A DNA stretch of 64,000 bases from Eledone cirrhosa (lineage: Eukaryota). The notes beneath the pieces are model-generated. The model had not been told where the DNA came from, ran no database searches, and worked only from the letters and a program-made list of their open reading frames with translations. Location: the NCBI GenBank assembly GCA_964016885.1, contig OZ024744.1:122140001-122204000 (forward strand), read 5' to 3'. Below, piece after piece: positions 46,001 to 60,303 of the stretch. The number at the start of each line of letters is the position of its first letter. Within the stretch, counting starts at the first letter, position 1. Both the position numbers and the translations under genes were made by a program.

Positions 46001-49000
46001 CCTCTCACCCAGTTACTTTTATCCTTCCTCAACACATGACCCAACCATCTCACACTATCTCTCTTCACAACATCCATCACTACCTCTACTCCTCTCACCT
46101 AGTCACTTTCAACCTTCCTCAACACATGACCCAACCATCTGACACTATCTCACTTCACAACATCCATCACCACCTCTATTCCTCTCACCCAGTCACTTTT
46201 ATCCTTCCTCAACACATGACCCAACCATCTCACACTATCTCTCTTCACAACATCCATCACCACCTCTATTCCTCTCACCCAGTCACTTTTATCCTTCCTC
46301 AACACATGACCTAACCATCTGACACTATCTCTCTTCACAACATCCATCACCACCTCTATTCCTCTCACCCAGTCACTTTTATCCGTCCTCAACACATGAC
46401 CCAACCATCTCATACTATCTCTCTTCACAACATCCATCACTACCTCTATTCCTCTCACCCAGTCACTTTTATCCTTCCTCAACACATGACCCAACCATCT
46501 CACACTATCTCTCTTCACAACATCCATCACTACCACTATTCCTCTCACCCAGTCACTTTTATCCTTCCTCAAAACATGACTAAACCATCTCACACTATCT
46601 CTCTTCACAACATCCATCACTACCTCTATTCCTCTCACCCAGTCACTTTCATACTGCCTCAACCCATGACCCAACCATCTCACACTATCTCTTTTCACAA
46701 CATCCATCACTACATCTGTTCCTCTCACCCAGTCACTTTTATACTTCCTCAACACATGACCCAACCATCTCACACTATCTCTCTTCACAACATCCATCAC
46801 TACCTCTATTCCTCTCACCCAGTCACTTTTATCCTTCCTCAACACATGACCCAACCATCTTACACTATCTCTCTTCACAACATCCATCACTACCTCTATT
46901 CCTCTCAACCAGTCACTTTTATCCTTCCTCAACACATGACCCAACCATCTCACACTATCTCTCTTCACAACATCCATCACCACCTCCATTCCTCTCACCC
47001 AGTCACTTTTATCCTTCCTCAACACATGACCCAACCATCTCACACTATCTCTCTTCACACATCCATCACCACCTCTATTCCTCTCACCCAGTCACTTTTA
47101 TCCTTCCTCAACACATGACCCAACCATCTCACACTATCTCTCTTCACAACATACATCACCACCTCTATTCCTCTCACCCAATCACTTTTATCCTTCCTCA
47201 ACACACGACCTAACCATCTGACACTATCTCTCTTCAAAACATCCATCACTACCTCTATTCCTATCAGCCAGTCACTTTTATCCTTCCTCAACACATGACC
47301 CAACCATATCACACTATCTCTCTTCACAACATCCACCACTACCTCTATTCCTCTCACCCAGTCACTTTCATACTTCTTCAACACATGACCCAACCATCTC
47401 ATACTATCTCTCTTCACAACATCCATCACTACCTCTATTCCTCTCACTCAGTCACTTTTATACTTCCTCAACACATGACCCAACCATCTCACAATATCTC
47501 TCTTCACAACATCCATCACTACCTCTATTCTTCCCACCTCCCAGTCACTTTTATCCTTTCTCAACACATGACCCAACCATCTCACACTATCTCTCTTCAC
47601 AACATCCATCACTACCTCTATTCCTCTCACCCAGTCACTTTCATACTTCCTCAACACATGACCCAACCATCTCATACTATCTCTCTTCACAACATCCATC
47701 ACTACCTCTATTCCTCTCACTCAGTCACTTTTATACTTCCTCAACACATGACTCAACCATCTCATACTATCTCTCTTCACAACATCCATCACTACCTCTA
47801 TTCCTCTCACCCAGTCACTTTTATCCTTCCTCAACACATGACCCAACAATCTCACACTATCTCTCATCACAACATCCATCACTACCTCTATTCCTCTCAC
47901 CCAGTCACTTTTATCCTTCCTCAACACATGACCTAACCATCTCACACTATCTCTCTTCAACAACATCCATCACTACCTCTATTCCTCTCACCCAGTCACT
48001 TTCATACTTCCTCAACACATGACCCAACCATCTCATACTATCTCTCTTCACAACATCCATCACTACCTCTATTCCTCTCACTCAGTAACTTTTATACTTC
48101 CTCAACACATGACCCAACCATCTCACACTATCTCTCTTCACAACATCCATCACTACCTCTATTCCTCTCACCCAGTCACTTTCATAATTCCTCAACACAT
48201 GACCCAACCATCTCACGCTATCTCTCTTCACAATATCCATCACTACCTCTATTCCTCTCACCCAGTCACTTTTATCCTTCCTCAATACATGACCCAACCA
48301 TCTCACACTATCTCTCTTCACAACATCCATCACTACTTCTACTCCTCTCACCTAGTCACTTTCAACCTTCCTCAACACATGACCCAACCATCTCACACTA
48401 TCTCTCTTCACAACATCCTTCACTACCTCTATTCCTCTCACCCAGTCACTTTTATCCTTCCTCAAAACATGACTAAACCATCTCACACTATCTCTCTTCA
48501 CAACATCCATCACTACCTCTATTCCTCTCACCCAGTCACTTTCATACTGCCTCAACCCATGACCCAACCATCTCACACTATCTCTCTTCACAACATCCAT
48601 CACTACCTCTACTCCTCTCACCTAGTCACTTTCAACCTTCCTCAACACATGACCCAACCATCTGACACTATCTCACTTCACAACATCCATCACCACCTCT
48701 ATTCCTCTCACCCAGTCACTTTTATCCTTCCTCAACACATGACCCAACCATCTCACACTATCTCTCTTCACAACATCCATCACCACCTCTATTCCTCTCA
48801 CCCAGTCACTTTTATCCTTCCTCAACACATGACCTAACCATCTGACACTATCTCTCTTCACAACATCCATCACCACCTCTATTCCTCTCACCCAGTCACT
48901 TTTATCCGTCCTCAACACATGACCCAACCATCTCATACTATCTCTCTTCACAACATCCATCACTACCTCTATTCCTCTCACCCAGTCACTTTTATCCTTC

Positions 49001-49171
49001 CTCAACACATGACCCAACTATCTCACACTATCTCTCTTCACAACATCCATCACTACCTCTATTCCTCTCACCCAGTCACTTTTATCCTTCCTCAAAACAT
49101 GACTAAACCATCTCACACTATCTCTCTTCACAACATCCATCACTACCTCTATTCCTCTCACCCAGTCACTT
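36855..49171. repeat. Near-identical duplication, offset 6218 bp (69 monomers +8 bp): about 36855-42953 versus about 43073-49171
   Basis: Every ORF from 37023/43241 to 42701/48919 is paired at offset 6218 with matching translations. The indels sum to +3+1+1-1+3+1 = +8. Confidence 0.93.
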
Positions 49172-52100
49172 TCATACTGCCTCAACCCATGACCCAACCA
49201 TCTCACACTATCTCTTTTCACAACATCCATCACTACATCTGTTCCTCTCACCCAGTCACTTTTATACTTCCTCAACACATGACCCAACCATATCACACTA
49301 TCTCTCTTCACAACATCCATCACTACCTCTATTCCTCTCACCCAGTCACTTTTATCCTTCCTCAACACATGACCCAACCATCTTACACTATCTCTCTTCA
49401 CAACATCCATCACTACTTCTACTCCTCTCACCTAGTCACTTTCAACCTTCCTCAACACATGACCCAACCATCTCACACTATCTCTCTTCACAACATCCTT
49501 CACTACCTCTATTCCTCTCACCAAGTCACTTTCATACTGCCTCAACCCATGACCCAACCATCTCACACTATCTCTCTTCACAACATCCATCACTACATCT
49601 GTTCCTCTCACCCAGTCACTTTTATACTTCCTCAACACATGACCCAACCATCTCACAATATCTCTCTTCACAACATCCATCACTACCTCTATTCCTCTCA
49701 CCCAGTTACTTTTATCCTTCCTCAACACATGACCCAACCATCTCACACTATCTCTCTTCACAACATCCATCACTACCTCTACTCCTCTCACCTAGTCACT
49801 TTCAACCTTCCTCAACACATGACCCAACCATCTGACACTATCTCACTTCACAACATCCATCACCACCTCTATTCCTCTCACCCAGTCACTTTTATCCTTC
49901 CTCAACACATGACCCAACCATCTCACACTATCTCTCTTCACAACATCCATCACCACCTCTATTCCTCTCACCCAGTCACTTTTATCCTTCCTCAACACAT
50001 GACCTAACCATCTGACACTATCTCTCTTCACAACATCCATCACCACCTCTATTCCTCTCACCCAGTCACTTTTATCCGTCCTCAACACATGACCCAACCA
50101 TCTCATACTATCTCTCTTCACAACATCCATCACTACCTCTATTCCTCTCACCCAGTCACTTTTATCCTTCCTCAACACATGACCCAACCATCTCACACTA
50201 TCTCTCTTCACAACATCCATCACTACCACTATTCCTCTCACCCAGTCACTTTTATCCTTCCTCAAAACATGACTAAACCATCTCACACTATCTCTCTTCA
50301 CAACATCCATCACTACCTCTATTCCTCTCACCCAGTCACTTTCATACTGCCTCAACCCATGACCCAACCATCTCACACTATCTCTTTTCACAACATCCAT
50401 CACTACATCTGTTCCTCTCACCCAGTCACTTTTATACTTCCTCAACACATGACCCAACCATCTCACACTATCTCTCTTCACAACATCCATCACTACCTCT
50501 ATTCCTCTCACCCAGTCACTTTTATCCTTCCTCAACACATGACCCAACCATCTTACACTATCTCTCTTCACAACATCCATCACTACCTCTATTCCTCTCA
50601 ACCAGTCACTTTTATCCTTCCTCAACACATGACCCAACCATCTCACACTATCTCTCTTCACAACATCCATCACCACCTCCATTCCTCTCACCCAGTCACT
50701 TTTATCCTTCCTCAACACATGACCCAACCATCTCACACTATCTCTCTTCACACATCCATCACCACCTCTATTCCTCTCACCCAGTCACTTTTATCCTTCC
50801 TCAACACATGACCCAACCATCTCACACTATCTCTCTTCACAACATACATCACCACCTCTATTCCTCTCACCCAATCACTTTTATCCTTCCTCAACACACG
50901 ACCTAACCATCTGACACTATCTCTCTTCAAAACATCCATCACTACCTCTATTCCTATCAGCCAGTCACTTTTATCCTTCCTCAACACATGACCCAACCAT
51001 ATCACACTATCTCTCTTCACAACATCCACCACTACCTCTATTCCTCTCACCCAGTCACTTTCATACTTCTTCAACACATGACCCAACCATCTCATACTAT
51101 CTCTCTTCACAACATCCATCACTACCTCTATTCCTCTCACTCAGTCACTTTTATACTTCCTCAACACATGACCCAACCATCTCACAATATCTCTCTTCAC
51201 AACATCCATCACTACCTCTATTCTTCCCACCTCCCAGTCACTTTTATCCTTTCTCAACACATGACCCAACCATCTCACACTATCTCTCTTCACAACATCC
51301 ATCACTACCTCTATTCCTCTCACCCAGTCACTTTCATACTTCCTCAACACATGACCCAACCATCTCATACTATCTCTCTTCACAACATCCATCACTACCT
51401 CTATTCCTCTCACTCAGTCACTTTTATACTTCCTCAACACATGACTCAACCATCTCATACTATCTCTCTTCACAACATCCATCACTACCTCTATTCCTCT
51501 CACCCAGTCACTTTTATCCTTCCTCAACACATGACCCAACAATCTCACACTATCTCTCATCACAACATCCATCACTACCTCTATTCCTCTCACCCAGTCA
51601 CTTTTATCCTTCCTCAACACATGACCTAACCATCTCACACTATCTCTCTTCAACAACATCCATCACTACCTCTATTCCTCTCACCCAGTCACTTTCATAC
51701 TTCCTCAACACATGACCCAACCATCTCATACTATCTCTCTTCACAACATCCATCACTACCTCTATTCCTCTCACTCAGTCACTTTTATACTTCCTCAACA
51801 CATGACCCAACCATCTCACACTATCTCTCTTCACAACATCCATCACTACCTCTATTCCTCTCACCCAGTCACTTTCATAATTCCTCAACACATGACCCAA
51901 CCATCTCACGCTATCTCTCTTCACAATATCCATCACTACCTCTATTCCTCTCACCCAGTCACTTTTATCCTTCCTCAATACATGACCCAACCATCTCACA
52001 CTATCTCTCTTCACAACATCCATCACTACTTCTACTCCTCTCACCTAGTCACTTTCAACCTTCCTCAACACATGACCCAACCATCTCACACTATCTCTCT

Positions 52101-53108
52101 TCACAACATCCTTCACTACCTCTATTCCTCTCACCCAGTCACTTTTATCCTTCCTCAAAACATGACTAAACCATCTCACACTATCTCTCTTCACAACATC
52201 CATCACTACCTCTATTCCTCTCACCCAGTCACTTTCATACTGCCTCAACCCATGACCCAACCATCTCACACTATCTCTCTTCACAACATCCATCACTACC
52301 TCTACTCCTCTCACCTAGTCACTTTCAACCTTCCTCAACACATGACCCAACCATCTGACACTATCTCACTTCACAACATCCATCACCACCTCTATTCCTC
52401 TCACCCAGTCACTTTTATCCTTCCTCAACACATGACCCAACCATCTCACACTATCTCTCTTCACAACATCCATCACCACCTCTATTCCTCTCACCCAGTC
52501 ACTTTTATCCTTCCTCAACACATGACCTAACCATCTGACACTATCTCTCTTCACAACATCCATCACCACCTCTATTCCTCTCACCCAGTCACTTTTATCC
52601 GTCCTCAACACATGACCCAACCATCTCATACTATCTCTCTTCACAACATCCATCACTACCTCTATTCCTCTCACCCAGTCACTTTTATCCTTCCTCAACA
52701 CATGACCCAACTATCTCACACTATCTCTCTTCACAACATCCATCACTACCTCTATTCCTCTCACCCAGTCACTTTTATCCTTCCTCAAAACATGACTAAA
52801 CCATCTCACACTATCTCTCTTCACAACATCCATCACTACCTCTATTCCTCTCACCCAGTCACTTTCATACTGCCTCAACCCATGACCCAACCATCTCACA
52901 CTATCTCTTTTCACAACATCCATCACTACATCTGTTCCTCTCACCCAGTCACTTTTATACTTCCTCAACACATGACCCAACCATATCACACTATCTCTCT
53001 TCACAACATCCATCACTACCTCTATTCCTCTCACCCAGTCACTTTTATCCTTCCTCAACACATGACCCAACCATCTTACACTATCTCTCTTCACAACATC
53101 CATCACTA
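45695..53108. repeat. Near-identical tandem duplication, unit 3693 bp (41 monomers +3 bp), overlapping the second 6218-bp copy
   Basis: ORF pairs from 45739/49432 to 49018/52711 differ by 3693. The indels sum to -1+3+1 = +3. The junction monomer is at about 49385-49415. Confidence 0.92.
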
Positions 53109-53679
53109 CCTCTATTCCTCTCAACCAGTCACTTTTATCCTTCCTCAACACATGACCCAACCATCTCACACTATCTCTCTTCACAACATCCATCACCACC
53201 TCCATTCCTCTCACCCAGTCACTTTTATCCTTCCTCAACACATGACCCAACCATCTCACACTATCTCTCTTCACACATCCATCACCACCTCTATTCCTCT
53301 CACCCAGTCACTTTTATCCTTCCTCAACACATGACCCAACCATCTCACACTATCTCTCTTCACAACATCCATCACCACCTCTATTCCTCTCACCCAATCA
53401 CTTTTATCCTTCCTCAACACACGACCTAACCATCTGACACTATCTCTCTTCAAAACATCCATCACTACCTCTATTCCTATCAGCCAGTCACTGTTATCCT
53501 TCCTCAACACATGACCCAACCATATCACACTATCTCTCTTCACAACATCCATCACTACCTCTATTCCTCTCACCCAGTCACTTTCATACTTCCTCAACAC
53601 ATGACCCAACCATCTCATACTATCTCTCTTCACAACATCCATCACTACCTCTATTCCTCTCACTCAGTCACTTTTATAC

Positions 53680-56600
53680 TTCCTCAACACATGACCCAAC
53701 CATCTCACAATATCTCTCTTCACAACATCCATCACTCCCTCTATTCTTCCCACCTCCCAGTCACTTTTATCCTTTCTCAACACATGACCCAACCATCTCA
53801 CACTATCTCTCTTGACAACATCCATCACTACCTATAATCCTCTCAGCCAGTCACTTTCATACTTCCTCAACACATGACTCAACCATCTCACACTACCTCT
53901 ATTCCTCTCACCCAGTCACTTTTATCCTTCCTCAACACATGACCCAACAATCTCACACTATCTCTCATCACAACATCCATCACTACCTCTATTCATCTCA
54001 CCCAGTCACTTTTATCCTTCCTCAACACATGACCTAACCATCTCACACTATCTCTCTTCAACAACATCCATCACTATCTCTATTCCTCTCACCCAGTCAC
54101 TTTCATAATTCCTCAACACATGACCCAACCATCTCACGCTATCTCTCTTCACAATATCCATTACTACCTCTATTCGTCTCACCCAGTCACTTTTATCCTT
54201 CCTCAATACATGACCCAACCATCTCACACTATCTCTCTTCACAACATCCATCACTACCTCTATTCCTCTCACCCAGTTACTTTTATCCTTCCTCAACACA
54301 TGACCCAACCATCTCACACTATCTCTCTTCACAACATCCATCACTACCTCTACTCCTCTCACCTAGTCACTTTCAACCTTCCTCAACACATGACCCAACC
54401 ATCTGACACTATCTCACTTCACAACATCCATCACCACCTCTATTCCTCTCACCCAGTCACTTTTATCCTTCCTCAACACATGACCCAACCATCTCACACT
54501 ATCTCTCTTCACAACATCCATCACCACCTCTATTCCTCTCACCCAGTCACTTTTATCCTTCCTCAACACATGACCTAACCATCTGACACTATCTCTCTTC
54601 ACAACATCCATCACCACCTCTATTCCTCTCACCCAGTCTCTTTTATCCGTCCTCAACACATGACCCAACCATCTCATACTATCTCTCTTCACAACATCCA
54701 TCACTACCTCTATTCCTCTCACCCAGTCACTTTTATCCTTCCTCAACACATGACCCAACCATCTCACACTATCTCTCTTCACAACATCCATCACTACCTC
54801 TATTCCTCTCACCCAGTCACTTTTATCCTTCCTCAAAACATGACTAAACCATCTCACACTATCTCTCTTCACAACATCCATCACTACCTCTATTCCTCTC
54901 ACCCAGTCACTTTCATACTGCCTCAACCCATGACCCAACCATCTCACACTATCTCTTTTCACAACATCCATCACTACATCTGTTCCTCTCACCCAGTCAC
55001 TTTTATACTTCCTCAACACATGACCCAACCATCTCACACTATCTCTCTTCACAACATCCATCACTACCTCTATTCCTCTCACCCAGTCACTTTTATCCTT
55101 CCTCAACACATGACCCAACCATCTTACACTATCTCTCTTCACAACATCCATCACTACCTCTATTCCTCTCAACCAGTCACTTTTATCCTTCCTCAACACA
55201 TGACCCAACCATCTCACACTATCTCTCTTCACAACATCCATCACCACCTCCATTCCTCTCACCCAGTCACTTTTATCCTTCCTCAACACATGACCCAACC
55301 ATCTGACACTATCTCTCTTCACACATCCATCACCACCTCTATTCCTCTCACCCAGTCACTTTTATCCTTCCTCAACACATGACCCAACCATCTCACACTA
55401 TCTCTCTTCACAACATCCATCACCACCTCTATTCCTCTCACCCAATCACTTTTATCCTTCCTCAACACACGACCTAACCATCTGACACTATCTCTCTTCA
55501 AAACATCCATCACTACCTCTATTCCTATCAGCCAGTCACTTTTATCCTTCCTCAACACATGACCCAACCATATCACACTATCTCTCTTCACAACATCCAT
55601 CACTACCTCTATTCCTCTCACCCAGTCACTTTCATACTTCCTCAACACATGACCCAACCATCTCATACTATCTCTCTTCACAACATCCATCACTACCTCT
55701 ATTCCTCTCACTCAGTCACTTTTATACTTCCTCAACACATGACCCAACCATCTCACAATATCTCTCTTCACAACATCCATCACTACCTCTATTCCTCCCA
55801 CCTCCCAGTCACTTTTATCCTTTCTCAACACATGACCCAACCATCTCACACTATCTCTCTTGACAACATCCATCACTACCTCTAATCCTCTCAGCCAGTC
55901 ACTTTCATACTTCCTCAACACATGAACCAACCATCTCACACTATCTCTCTTCACAACATCCATCACTACCTCTATTCCTCTCACCCAGTCACTTTTATCC
56001 TTCCTCAACACATGACCCAACAATCTCACACTATCTCTCTTCACAACATCCATCACTACCTCTATTCCTCTCACCCAGTCACTTTTATCCTTCCTCAACA
56101 CATGACCTAACCATCTCACACTATCTCTCTTCAACAACATCCATCACTATCTCTATTCCTCTCACCCAGTCACTTTCATAATTCCTCAACACATGACCCA
56201 ACCATCTCACGCTATCTCTCTTCACAATATCCATCACTACCTCTATTCCTCTCACCCAGTCACTTTTATCCTTCCTCAATACATGACCCAACCATCTCAC
56301 ACTATCTCTCTTCACAACATCCATCACTACCTCTACTCCTCTCAACTAGTCACTTTCAACCTTCCTCAACACATGACCCAACCATCTCACACTATCTCTC
56401 TTCACAACATCCTTCACTACCTCTATTCCTCTCACCCAGTCACTTTTATCCTTCCTCAAAACATGACTAAACCATCTCACACTATCTCTCTTCACAACAT
56501 CCATCACTACCTCTATTCCTCTCACCCAGTCACTTTCATACTGCCTCAACCCATGACCCAACCATCTCACACTATCTCTCTTCACAACATCCATCACTAC

Positions 56601-59600
56601 ATCTGTTCCTCTCACCCAGTCACTTTTATACTTCCTCAACACATGACCCAACCATCTCACAATATCTCTCTTCACAACATCCATCACTACCTCTATTCCT
56701 CTCACCCAGTTACTTTTATCTTTCCTCAACACATGACCCAACCATCTCACACTATCTCTCTTCACAACATCCATCACTACCTCTACTCCTCTCACCTAGT
56801 CACTTTCAACCTTCCTCAACACATGACCCAACCATCTGACACTATCTCACTTCACAACATCCATCACCACCTCTATTCCTCTCACCCAGTCACTTTTATC
56901 CTTCCTCAACACATGACCCAACCATCTCACACTATCTCTCTTCACAACATCCATCACCACCTCTATTCCTCTCACCCAGTCACTTTTATCCTTCCTCAAC
57001 ACATGACCCAACCATCTCACAATATCTCTCTTCACAACATCCATCACTACCTCTATTCTTCCCACCTCCCAGTCACTTTTATCCTTTCTCAACACATGAC
57101 CCAACCATCTCACACTATCTCTCTTGACAACATCCATCACTACCTATAATCCTCTCAGCCAGTCACTTTCATACTTCCTCAACACATGACTCAACCATCT
57201 CACACTACCTCTATTCCTCTCACCCAGTCACTTTTATCCTTCCTCAACACATGACCCAACAATCTCACACTATCTCTCATCACAACATCCATCACTACCT
57301 CTATTCCTCTCACCCAGTCACTTTTATCCTTCCTCAACACATGACCTAACCATCTCACACTATCTCTCTTCAACAACATCCATCACTATCTCTATTCCTC
57401 TCACCCAGTCACTTTCATAATTCCTCAAAACATGACCCAACCATCTCACGCTATCTCTCTTCACAATATCCATTACTACCTCTATTCGTCTCACCCAGTC
57501 ACTTTTATCCTTCCTCAATACATGACCCAACCATCTCACACTATCTCTCTTCACAACATCCATCACTACCTCTATTCCTCTCACCCAGTTACTTTTATCC
57601 TTCCTCAACACATGACCCAACCATCTCACACTATCTCTCTTCACAACATCCATCACTACCTCTACTCCTCTCACCTAGTCACTTTCAACCTTCCTCAACA
57701 CATGACCCAACCATCTTACACTATCTCACTTCACAACATCCATCACCACCTCTATTCCTCTCACCCAGTCACTTTTATCCTTCCTCAACACATGACCCAA
57801 CCATCTCACACTATCTCTCTTCACAACATCCATCACCACCTCTATTCCTCTCACCCAGTCACTTTTATCCTTCCTCAACACATGACCTAACCATCTGACA
57901 CTATCTCTCTTCACAACATCCATCACCACCTCTATTCCTCTCACCCAGTCTCTTTTATCCGTCCTCAACACATGACCCAACCATCTCATACTATCTCTCT
58001 TCACAACATCCATCACTACCTCTATTCCTCTCACCCAGTCACTTTTATCCTTCCTCAACACATGACCCAACCATCTCACACTATCTCTCTTCACAACATC
58101 CATCACTACCTCTATTCCTCTCACCCAGTCACTTTTATCCTTCCTCAAAACATGACTAAACCATCTCACACTATCTCTCTTCACAACATCCATCACTACC
58201 TCTATTCCTCTCACCCAGTCACTTTCATACTGCCTCAACCCATGACCCAACCATCTCACACTATCTCTTTTCACAACATCCATCACTACATCTGTTCCTC
58301 TCACCCAGTCACTTTTATACTTCCTCAACACATGACCCAACCATCTCACACTATCTCTCTTCACAACATCCATCACTACCTCTATTCCTCTCACCCAGTC
58401 ACTTTTATCCTTCCTCAACACATGACCCAACCATCTTACACTATCTCTCTTCACAACATCCATCACTACCTCTATTCCTCTCAACCAGTCACTTTTATCC
58501 TTCCTCAACACATGACCCAACCATCTCACACTATCTCTCTTCACAACATCCATCACCACCTCCATTCCTCTCACCCAGTCACTTTTATCCTTCCTCAACA
58601 CATGACCCAACCATCTCACACTATCTCTCTTCACACATCCATCACCACCTCTATTCCTCTCACCCAGTCACTTTTATCCTTCCTCAACACATGACCCAAC
58701 CATCTCACACTATCTCTCTTCACAACATCCATCACCACCTCTATTCCTCTCACCCAATCACTTTTATCCTTCCTCAACACACGACCTAACCATCTGACAC
58801 TATCTCTCTTCAAAACATCCATCACTACCTCTATTCCTATCAGCCAGTCACTTTTATCCTTCCTCAACACATGACCCAACCATATCACACTATCTCTCTT
58901 CACAACATCCATCACTACCACTATTCCTCTCACCCAGTCACTTTCATACTTCCTCAACACATGACCCAACCATCTCATACTATCTCTCTTCACAACATCC
59001 ATCACTACCTCTATTCCTCTCACTCAGTCACTTTTATACTTCCTCAACACATGACCCAACCATCTCACAATATCTCTCTTCACAACATCCATCACTACCT
59101 CTATTCCTCCCACCTCCCAGTCACTTTTATCCTTTCTCAACACATGACCCAACCATCTCACACTATCTCTCTTGACAACATCCATCACTACCTCTAATCC
59201 TCTCAGCCAGTCACTTTCATACTTCCTCAACACATGAACCAACCATCTCACACTATCTCTCTTCACAACATCCATCACTACCTCTATTCCTCTCACCCAG
59301 TCACTTTTATCCTTCCTCAACACATGACCCAACAATCTCACACTATCTCTCTTCACAACATCCATCACTACCTCTATTCCTCTCACCCAGTCACTTTTAT
59401 CCTTCCTCAACACATGACCTAACCATCTCACACTATCTCTCTTCAACAACATCCATCACTATCTCTATTCCTCTCACCCAGTCACTTTCATAATTCCTCA
59501 ACACATGACCCAACCATCTCACGCTATCTCTCTTCACAATGTCCATCACTACCTCTATTCCTCTCACCCAGTCACTTTTATCCTTCCTCAATACATGACC

Positions 59601-60303
59601 CAACCATCTCACACTATCTCTCTTCACAACATCCATCACTACCTCTACTCCTCTCAACTAGTCACTTTCAACCTTCCTCAACACATGACCCAACCATCTC
59701 ACACTATCTCTCTTCACAACATCCTTCACTACCTCTATTCCTCTCACCCAGTCACTTTTATCCTTCCTCAAAACATGACTAAACCATCTCACACTATCTC
59801 TCTTCACAACATCCATCACTACCTCTATTCCTCTCACCCAGTCACTTTCATACTGCCTCAACCCATGACCCAACCATCTCACACTATCTCTCTTCACAAC
59901 ATCCATCACTACATCTGTTCCTCTCACCCAGTCACTTTTATACTTCCTCAACACATGACCCAACCATCTCACAATATCTCTCTTCACAACATCCATCACT
60001 ACCTCTATTCCTCTCACCCAGTTACTTTTATCTTTCCTCAACACATGACCCAACCATCTCACACTATCTCTCTTCACAACATCCATCACTACCTCTACTC
60101 CTCTCACCTAGTCACTTTCAACCTTCCTCAACACATGACCCAACCATCTGACACTATCTCACTTCACAACATCCATCACCACCTCTATTCCTCTCACCCA
60201 GTCACTTTTATCCTTCCTCAACACATGACCCAACCATCTCACACTATCTCTCTTCACAACATCCATCACCACCTCTATTCCTCTCACTCAGTCACTTTTA
60301 TCC
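53680..60303. repeat. Tandem duplication, unit 3312 bp (37 monomers -18 bp), marked by a 65-bp truncated monomer
   Basis: ORF pairs from 54048/57360 to 56346/59658 differ by 3312. The indels sum to +3-25+1-1+3+1 = -18. The 25-bp deletion junction is at 53891 and 57203. Confidence 0.92.
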
